Assembly (NCBI RefSeq): GCF_041146345.1
Contig: NW_027191413.1
Coordinates: 806,001-870,000, forward strand
Direction of reading: 5' to 3'
Length of the DNA: 64,000 bases
From: Neodothiora populina
Lineage: Eukaryota
Part shown: piece by piece, positions 1-9,631 of the stretch
Layout: each line of letters starts with the position of its first letter
How positions within the stretch are numbered: position 1 is the stretch's first letter
Translations under genes and position numbers: made by a program
Notes under the pieces: model-generated
What the model was told of the DNA's origin: nothing
The model's input: the letters and a program-made list of their open reading frames with translations, nothing else
The model's database searches: none

Positions 1-174
1 AAATAAAAAGAAGAAGTAAAGAAAACAAAAAAAAAACGCCGGACCGATGCTCATTTACCCGTCAGCGGAGAGTGGGAAAAGAAGACTCCATCACTCCGTC
101 CATTTCCATGGACCTAATCCATCCATCCTTCCCAGCCCAACCCTTTCTCCTCTTCGCAACCGGAAAATCACCCT

Positions 175-866
175 CTAGTTTGCGAGAATGGTCTTGACGA
201 GATCTGTGTTACATCGCCCGTCAGTCCATTGAAACTCTTTAGAAATTAGGCGCGACCGCAAGATAAACATACCCATGTAGTTGATCTCTCCTGACGTGGT
301 GTCCACAGCCTTGAGCAACTCGTCGACCTCGTCGTCGCTCATCTTCTCGCCCAGGTTGGTCAGGATGTATCTGAGCTGACCGACGCCGATGAAGCCCGTC
401 ATCTCCTTGTCGAAGACCTGGAAGCCGCGGCAGTATTCCTCGGGCTCGCCGGGATCGCGGAAACCGCCTGGGCGGTTGAGGACTTTGCTGAAGGACTCGA
501 AGTCGACTGGTGGAGAGTTGTATTAGCGCTTGCTGTTCTTCCATGTCGTATCTCCTCGTGTTTCTTCATAGTCGTGTGTGACTTGTTATTCTCGCGACTC
601 TGTGTCTCGATATTCTCCTTCTCTTTGGCCTTATGTCGCTTCGCATTCTCTCGTCGAGAGGCTGTTTGCTGGTAAACAAAAGAAAAATACTCACAATCGC
701 CGCCGATTCCTTGCTCCAAGTCTCCAATCTCGGCGAGCGTGGGGTTCTGTCCACACGCGCGCAGAAGATCACCGAGCTGGTTCAGAGACACACGTCCGTT
801 GCCGCGCTTGTCGAAGAGGGCGAAAGCCTCCTTGTAGTTGGTGGTGCTTGCCTGTTGTTCCGCCAT
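175..866 (-). CDS. cdc4: Myosin light chain (EF-hand, Cdc4/Mlc1 type), 3 exons
   Basis: Exons 866-695, 506-273, 203-175 joined by GT-AG introns (507-694, 204-272) give MAEQQASTTNYKEAFALFDKRG...GDLLRACGQNPTLAEI...FQVFDKEMTGFIGVGQLRYILTNLGEKMSDDEVDELL..., typical of the fungal Cdc4 light chain. Confidence 0.93.
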
Positions 867-1070
867 ATTCGATTAATGATTGTTCTCTTGCGTGTCTGTG
901 ATGTTCTCGTTTTTCAAGAATCTGTGGTTTCCGATAGATGGAGATGTGCAGCAGATTGTTATGTATATGTGTTGTGTGTATGTGTTTCAGTGTGAGTGAG
1001 TCCGTTGCACGAGGATGCGTTGATCAGGGGATAGCCGCGGGGATATTGTTGTGGTGATCCGGAGACTGTG

Positions 1071-1094
1071 CTGCTGCTGCTGCTGCTGCTGCTG
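1071..1094. repeat. (CTG)8 microsatellite
   Basis: Direct reading; lies upstream of the cdc4 start. Confidence 0.9.
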
Positions 1095-1926
1095 TCCGAT
1101 TTGTTGTTGTGGTTGCCGAAAAGGAAAAAGCAGCTTTCTTGTTGTCGAATCAGGAAAACAGGGGGGAGAAGGCAGTGATCGCTTCTTCTGTCGCAACCGA
1201 AACGCATACACAACACATATACACAAACAAAGCTGTTCTCTTTTCCTGCTCTCTGCATCTGCCGAGAACCAACTTTCCCACCCAACCCCCTCCTCTTTGT
1301 GGTTCTGTTCCACCCCTCCCCAAAACGGCAGGGTCTGCCGAGATTCGCACTCGACTCGGAATGCCGCAATTGGAGGAAAAAAGGTTGATCGCATGACTTA
1401 CCATTTTTTGTTTCTTGTTCGCTCGCAAAGATGTTTTTCTCGGGGATGGTAGAGGAATGGAAGAGAGATCTCGAGGATTAGTTTGATAGTAGCGGTTTTT
1501 CGTATGACAGAGGACTAAGTAACAAAGGAGAGCGGGCGGTTTGTTGCTCTTTACGGGGGACTCGCGCAACGATCATCTCTAGGGTCGGTCATATGCCAAG
1601 GCCCTATCCGTTGTCAGGGTGATGGCTGTCCATGTCCATTTGACGCCAGATACAGGAGTAAGGCAGCATAGCACAAGATGGAGTCGATGCTGCAAGCATG
1701 TGGTAAGTGTCAAAACATTTCGGTTACTCAAAAGATAGTGCTATCTCTCCGTGCTTGCTTGCAAACGTTGATTCCCCTATCAGATTAGTAAACTGGATCG
1801 GCTTTCCAGATCCGCGTCTTCAAGTTATTCCTTCAGCCAGTCGGTGAATACTACGACATTGATAGCCATGTCTGATCATGCAGCTGAACATCATGTAATT
1901 GTCATCATACCACACAAATACAAGTC

Positions 1927-3577
1927 TCACTCTTGGTCATTTTCCCCATCTGCGACTTTCTGAGGCAACCCCTGTGCTTTCGCTGGCAAGAAGCGGATGG
2001 TGACAGCCACTCCCAGAGCCAATATGACCAAAACCACCCAGGCCAAGTATCCGCCCAGTATCTGACCTCTGACACCCGCGGCAAACAGGCTGGCAAATAG
2101 GGCCGGCGTGAATGCTCTGACGCCACTGCTCACAGCCAATGCTACTGCATTCAATGTTCCAAAAACCGCCGGACTTGGCGAGATGTCATTCAGTGCCAGT
2201 TGAACGGATGTAAGTGACATGATGCAAGAGCTGCCAATCAAGGGACCTAGCGGCATGACTGTCCAAAAGGCTGCCTCCCAGCCTTGGCGCAGAAAGGCAT
2301 TGCAGACCGGGTTGATCAGAGACATCGCAGGCCAGACGATGCCGCAGAACCGCAACACACCGCCGGTCCCCCAGCGATCATGGGCCCTAGGAAAAACGAA
2401 CAATGTCCAAAGCGATTGACTGAGGCCCGCCGCCCCAAGAAAGATGGAGATGAGGAGAGGAGTGAAGCCGACTCCACCTTTTGAGACGCTTGTGAACCAA
2501 AAGACGGGCACAACAGCAGTGTAGGCCATGCCGAGCATTCTGATCACATTGTATAAGGAAAGCACGTTGGCAACCCCAGGCGATTTGATCAATTCCCATG
2601 TTGACATTGGCGGCTCGCTCGTCACTACGTTAGCGCTCTTTTTGGACTGCAATGTCTCTTCTACGAAGAAAGCACTGATCACAGCGGCTGACAAGCCCAC
2701 TACACCAACCGCTAGGGAGGGCAATGCGTAGGGATAGTCGTGGAAGAATTGGATTTTCTTTAAGGGTCCCCCGTATTGTCCCGCGGGATCTGCCAGAGCA
2801 CCACCTGCAAGACATGTTAGTGTATATTAATAGAAAATGTAGATGGTAAGGTACCCGCCGAACATTGGCCCGAAGAATATGCCAATATTACCGGCAAATG
2901 CAAAGTAGCTGAAGGCATATGCTTGCGTCTTACTTGTGCTATGCTCCTTGACCATGGCCTGTACAGTTCTAGAGCGCCAATTAGCGTTTTTGTGTCAATG
3001 CCTTCTGATGCCGATGTCTCTGCTTACACAACGGTGCCAGAGAAGACGCCTGCAAGACACCGGAATAGCACCATTTGCCATATTGTCTTGGACAGACCAA
3101 AGAGAGACACTGTAACGCCGACTCCGAACAAAGAAGCAACGAGAATGGGCTTTCGCCCGAATTTGTCAGAGGCGCGGCCCCAGGAGATCATGAAGGCCAT
3201 CTGTGTCAATGAAAGAGGGATCCCTATAGCAAAGGTAGATGAGTAATGGCCAAGCGAACGCTGTGGAGGAAACATACTATGAGACCAGAGTAGAAGCCAA
3301 CATCTTCTTCTCGCACGCCGATACTTTGGATCATCTGATTGATGAAAGGGAATATAGAAAAAAAGGCCAAAGGCTCGACCGCACGACAGTAGCACAATAG
3401 AAAGATCTGGCGCTTTGGTAATGGTTTGTCGTCTTCATCTTCGTCTTCGACAAGGCTGCTATGGTTCTGGGACTCGGCATCGGATCTCAGTACTTCTGGA
3501 TCAGCTTGGAGTAGGGGGGTCTCCTCGCTGGCAGCGGCGACTGCTGTGCTATCAGCCAGGACAGGGTCGGCTGCCAT
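1927..3577 (-). CDS. MFS transporter (YCR023C/ZIFL-like antiporter family), 4 exons, with an apparent 1-nt frameshift in exon 2
   Basis: Start MAADPV at 3577. Motifs KPLPKRQIFLLC..RAVEP, WGRASDKFGRKPIL (MFS motif A), FRCLAGVFSG, YPYALP and many TM helices. Introns 3224-3277, 2969-3027 and 2805-2858 (GC-AG). Exon 2 needs one extra T at 3212-3214 to stay in frame. Confidence 0.85.
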
Positions 3578-5010
3578 TCCGCTGTACGTATCGGAGGGCC
3601 GCCGACGGTTCTTATGGCTAGAAATATAATGCCTATGGATGAGTACGCAGCGATTGTTATGAGAGGACAGGTTGAGGCTGAGTTGCAATCCTCTTGTCTC
3701 CTCCTACCTGTTGCTACATCGGGAAGCTAACTAATGTATGTCTGATTGATCAACAGCACGGAGGTAAGTCGGGGTTAGACACAACATCATGAGTCCTGAT
3801 AGAGATGGTAAGTATCGATTGATGGAGTGCTCTGATGCAGCCGTCGGGTGTTCAAAAGTCCATGTCCAAAGCATTGCACCAGTAGAGACATAAGCATTAC
3901 TGTAGCTCCACACCTCCATACAAGTGACGGAGACAAGCCGGCACTTATCTGGATCGGACAAGTTATGGTGTTGCTGTGTGCTAAGATCTTCAGGGTCAAG
4001 CGGCGGAAAGCGGTTTTAGCGGCGCACACAGACATGGTAATGGCGTGGGGTTCACAAAGGGGGACTACGAGTCAGAGGGCGTTTTTCAGGGTTCATGGCA
4101 CCTCCAAAATCAGGGCCGATGATGTGTTTGGACATGGTTGATGCAGACTACCTCGGGAAGAGAAGCCGTGACATGAATAAGCAGTGACGATAGCCCGAGA
4201 GCAAAAGCAAAAGAAAAACCTCGCTTCGACCCGTACGAAACATGATAGACAATTGGTAGAGCATGTGGGCGGCCGTGTTTGTGTTTAACAGAAACAGTGG
4301 TGTTCTGGATGTGGGGTTGGTTGGCTGGACTGTGTGCGACACGTGATTGGATCGACGCAGTAGCCGCAGCAAGGAGCCTTCGAGAAGTGGAAGTGATCCC
4401 CAAGGGTCACACTTGGATAATTATTGTCATCGGTTGTGATGAGAGAGAGTGTGTTGTGCTATACAAGTAGTTCCATTCGACACCTGAGCACCTTGCATAT
4501 TGTACAATACTCTCGATACTTATTTCTGTTTGCATTCAACACTCATATTTCATACTGTACCTGATCCCTTGTACTGTACCAGTCCTTCGAGGAAGGGGCT
4601 CCACTTCCGTCAGCTGCACTTGCTTGTTTTACTGCGTCGCTCGAGGCAGAAAGAGGCAGGATCAGGATCACTCAGCCAATAACGGTTCCGTCCTTGACCG
4701 CACCCTTCAAGAATTCATTCTCGCTACAAACCATCAAATCACTTCATCCATTCCATATATTCTTCCATCAGATACCGACAGCGTCTGTCTGAATTCCGGC
4801 AGCCCGCTCCTCGTCCGTGACGTGACGTGCATCCCAAGGCACCCCACAACTCCAGCACCCTCACGAGACTCATTTTCAGCTCAACTCGGCCCCCATTGCT
4901 GAATCATTCAGGATCTCCTGTACACAGTCGTCTGGTGTATGCACCCACCCATGGGTGCTTCGAGACCTTGAACCGTCTCCTTTCAAGCCCGACTCCATCT
5001 CACGCACGAC

Positions 5011-8000
5011 ATGCAATTGATGGCGGATGAGGGCGTGTCACGTCGACGCCGTGCGCCAGCACTGAGCGTCAGCAATGCCCTTCGATTCCTCCTCTTCTCT
5101 CTACCGCTCCTGGCGGTTGCTCAGCAGCAGCAGCCGCAATCATCGTCGTCGTCGTCGTCGTCGTCGCCCCGTGTCAACGCCAATGCCGCACGCAGGCAGC
5201 AGCACACACCGCCAAACGCAAAATCACTCCTCAACTCCCCCAATTCTCCCAGAAATGGCAAAGACACTTTCGTGATCCCTTCCAACGAGCGCGCCCTTGC
5301 GACTCTTGCTCCAGCCGAACAGGCTGTTCGAGCAGCCCCTGCACGATCATCGGCTCAAGCCGCTGCTCTCAACTCGCGACACCCGGCGCGGTCTCTGCAG
5401 GATTGGCAAGTCGAGGATATTATTCTCCTGGCGACCGTGGACGGTAAGATACACGCAAGAGACAGAAAGACGGGCACCGCCAAGTGGATGCTCGAGGCCG
5501 ACAGACCCATGGTCGAGACCGTCTACCACCGCAACCTCTCCAACACACACGGAGGCGCCACAGGCACGGCAGAATCAGACGCTTCCGACACTGGCGATAT
5601 CCTGTGGATCGTCGAACCCACACAAGACGGCAGCCTCTACGTCTACAGCCCTTCCCTGAACTCGGGCATCCAGAAGACCGGGCTCTCCGTGCGTCAGCTG
5701 GTCGAAGAGTTGTCCCCCTACGCTTCGGAAGAGCCCCCCGTCGTGTACACGGCCGACAAGAAAAACACTCTTCTCACCATAGATGCTGCCACGGGCCACA
5801 TCCTAAAGTCCTTCAGTCCCGCAGGCACCGTCAGCAACGAAGACAGAAGCTGCAGGAGAGTCAACCCTATGGAGTCGCTCGAAGAGGAAGAGTGCGAGTC
5901 CATCGGCACAATCACGCTGGGCCGCACCGAATACACCGTTGCCATCCAAGACAAAACCTCTGGTGATCAGATATGCACGATTCGCTACTTTGAGTGGACC
6001 GCCAACAACCGCGATCGGGACCTCCATGACCAGTACGCCAAAACCATGGACGACAAGTATGTCTACATCCAGCACAATGGAGGTGTCTTTGCAGTCGATC
6101 ATGGCCACAGTCCCGGCGTCGAGGCTCCCATCACCTTCAAGCACAAGTTCAATTCTCCGGTCGCTCGCGTCTTCGACGTTGTACGTCCGGCTCGAGTCGA
6201 CGATACCGTCGATGCTGCCCTTGTCTTACTGCCTCAGCCCATCGGTCCTGCCGGTGGAGACGTCTTTTCCGAGGACAAGGTCTTCGTCAACTGCACCGAA
6301 AGTGGCAGCTGGTATGCCATGTCTGAAAAGATGTACCCTACAGTCACCGATGGTGCGTCCAACGCCGTCTGCTACACCGACACTCTGAACGATGTCGCTT
6401 TCATCCAAGGACTGAACCAACCAAAGCAACGGGCCAAGTTGGTCGGGGTACATCCCTTGTCACCAATCACGGACCCGGGACAGAGCATCTTCACTATAGC
6501 CCCCGGCCAAGACTATCCCACGATCGGATCAGGACACATCGACACTCTCAACGACACTCGCGTTGCCCTCTACCAGAAGAGAGCCTGGACCGACAGTATC
6601 ATGTTGGCAATCTTGTCTTTCCTCGCCGTCTTTGGCCTGATTGCTATAGTCGGACAAGTCCCATTGGCAAGGAAGACATTGCTGCCCTGGCTGCGCATGC
6701 TCAACGAGCCATCTCGAACAATGCTGCAAAAGCCCCATGTCCAAGAGGCTCGGGCAGAGCCTGACGTTGTGCAGCCCCCTACGACCCCCAAGCCCACCCA
6801 CACCAAGCAAGTACGCTTCCCTGAACCCGCCGAAGAGACTGTGTTTGCCAAGGACGAGGACTCCGAGTCTGACAAGGTGGTCATCGAAGACGTCAGTGGC
6901 AATGAGACTCCGAAAACCTCGAAGACGGCTCAAGCCGACGGTCCGCCGCAAGCCAATGGCACCCCTACTAAACCCAAAAAGAAGGCCACTAGAGGTGTCA
7001 GGGGAGGTCGGAAGACCAAGGAGAAGCGTCAAGAACAGTTGGAGAAGCAGCAGAAAGGCCGACAGGATCCTGCTAGCGACAAGGAGAACACGCCTCCACC
7101 GACAGAAAAGACCGTCACCATCAAGTCGACTACTCTGCAGCCGATCAACGTCATCAGCCCCGAGGCTTCCGAAAGTCCTACCGTGTCGGGTAAGCTCCAG
7201 ATCAACAACCTTTTGATTGACATGGACCGAGATATTGGTCATGGCAGCGCTGGCACCTGTGTGTTTGCCGGTACTTTTGAGGTAGTCCGCTCTCTTGTCC
7301 CCCACCCCTCCACCACAGAGATGCTAACAATTTCCGTAGGGCCAAGATGTTGCTGTGAAGCGTATGTTGTCACAATATTACGAGCTTGCTTCGTCCGAGG
7401 TCTCCTTCCTGCATGCCAGCGGCTATCATCGTAACGTCATTCGTTACTTCTGTCAGCAAAGAGACCAGCACTTCCTTTACATTGCTGTAGAGCTATGTCA
7501 AGCGAGTCTGTGGGATCTGTACTATTCTGACACAAGAGATGAAGAAAGACGCGAGCAGTTGGGCAAGCTTCTGGCAGGCATACAAAAGGACGCTCCAAAG
7601 GCCCTTCATCAGCTGGCTTCTGGACTCGAGCATCTTCACAGCCTACGCATCATTCATCGAGACATAAAGCCACAAAACATTCTAATCGCTTTCCCTAGGC
7701 GGAACGAGATTTCTACCGAGCCTAGACTTGTCATATCCGACTTTGGTCTATGTAAAACTTTGCCGGAGAATGTGTCCACGATTCGAGACCCCACAAGCAA
7801 CGCTGGTACCAGCGGTTGGAAAGCACCGGAACTGATCAACTCGCCTGAACCTCGAGGGGACCATTCGAACAATGGCCACAGCAATCACTCTCAGCGCAAC
7901 GGCAGTGATAGTTCCAGTGGAAATGGTACCATCCAAGGAGTCAAACGAGCAGCCGACATCTTCTCACTTGGATGTCTCTTCTTCTGGGTTCTCACGGGCG

Positions 8001-8620
8001 GTTGCCATCCCTTTGATGACGACGAGGGCTGGACCATGATCCGCGAAGTCAATATCAAGAAGAACTTGCCGCTGAACATGCACAAGTTGGACCTTGGCAC
8101 CGACACAGAGGAGCCGATGCAATTGATCACTTCGATGCTTTCACACCATCCCGAACAGCGTCCGACGGCCAAGCAAGTCAAAGAGCACCCCTTTTTCTGG
8201 TCACCGGAGAAGCGATTGGCATTCTTGTGTGATGTCTCGGATCACTTCGAACGCGAAACCCGCGATCCACCATCGGAGCAACTGAACGTACTCGAAAGCT
8301 GGGGACCAGATGTCATCCCTCGGGAGGACTTTCTCAAGAAACTCGACCAAAAGTTCATCGACACACTGGGCAAACAACGCAAATACACCGGATCACGTAT
8401 GTTGGATCTCCTTCGAGCTCTGCGCAATAAGAAGAATCACTATGAAGACATGCCAGACGATGTCAAGAAGAGAGTTGGGTCGCTGCCGAAGGGGTACCTG
8501 ACTTATTGGACCTCTAGATTCCCCAAGCTGCTCATGGCTTGCTATTGGGTTATCAGAGAGTGCAAACTGGATAACAGCGATAGGTTCAAGGGTTACTTTT
8601 ACACCTCTGATAGCACCTAG
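5011..8620 (+). CDS. IRE1: Ser/Thr kinase-endoribonuclease IRE1 (UPR sensor), 2 exons
   Basis: Signal peptide, luminal domain (LLATVDGKIHARDR), one TM helix, kinase (GHGSAGT, VAVKRM, IIHRDIKPQNILI, ISDFGLCK, GTSGWKAPE) and KEN RNase domain (LLRALRNKKNHYED). Intron 7282-7339 (GTAGTC..GCTAAC..TAG) joins the two ORFs in frame. Start could be 5011 or 5020. Confidence 0.96.
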
Positions 8621-8874
8621 CTGATGTTATCGTTGAGTTTGTAATGTCAGACTACAGCCTAGATGTATCTGTGTGAATGTATGTGCATTGACAAATGTGA
8701 CGAGAGGAGTCTTCAGTAGCGGACTTGGATGTTTTGACATATATCAGAAAGTTCCTGTATTACCTTTTTATTTTCTATTTGACAGCGAACTTTTGGAGGT
8801 GTTGATGCAATCATGTAATATGTTCTCGATATACTCACTGGTTTGGGGCATGGAGTGATGGATCATTGATGGAA

Positions 8875-9086
8875 GTATCTGTAGTAGGGAATCAAAAGCT
8901 AGAGCTAATATGTGATGCGGAGATCTATACTACGAGAAAAAGCCGGGTCAATTTGATGGGGGTATCCATGCTAGATGCAAGAGAGCCGAGAAGGATATAA
9001 GACTGGGTATCTATACTAAATCACAAAGAAAAGCTGGAACTACGTAATGTAACGGGGGGTATTTATACTAGAAAACAGAGAAGCAG
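8875..9086. repeat. Degenerate five-copy motif array (consensus GTATCTATACTA-Nx-(A/G)AGC), 41-52 nt spacing
   Basis: Copies start at 8875 (gtatctgtagta), 8921 (agatctatacta), 8962 (gtatccatgcta), 9007 (gtatctatacta) and 9059 (gtatttatacta). Each is followed by an A-rich stretch ending in AAGC or GAGC. Confidence 0.6.
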
Positions 9087-9631
9087 AAGACAAAAGACGG
9101 AGAACAAAAAGATTGAAAAGAATACTAATAAGAGATGGCGATGCATGTGAAGAGAGAAACCGAGTGGGAGTTGTGGACGTCGACATGACTATCCATCGAC
9201 ATGATATGACTTGCAGGACACACGTTGCTTCACCTGTTGTGCAATCAGTGAGTCAGGCAATGGCTCCGACCGCTGAAGAAGTCCAGTCCAGGATGCCAGA
9301 GGACGAGACTCTCATGGTGCTAACCACAGTCGGCTGGAAGTAGAAGAGGAGAGCCAGATGGATCTCTTCCGGATGCATCAAGATGCCTGACTTCATCCGC
9401 TGTCGATCGATGGGTCAGGAGTTTCGCTTCATGGATGTATCAAGACGCCCTTGACATGTCATCGATAATCAGTAATAGGACCAGACAGGGCTCTGCCCGA
9501 ACGTATCGACATCCATGCCCGAGAATGCGAAGAATGGTAGAGGTGGAGGAATAGACATCACTGCAGTGTAGCTCGGAAGCCTCAAATCACATACACAATT
9601 CTCCAGATCACACGGCGCGGACACGAAGCCA

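Noticed and set aside
8875..9086. CRISPR interpretation of the spaced motif array
   Set aside because: Eukaryotic context, short degenerate repeats, irregular spacing and no cas genes. Kept only as a motif array.
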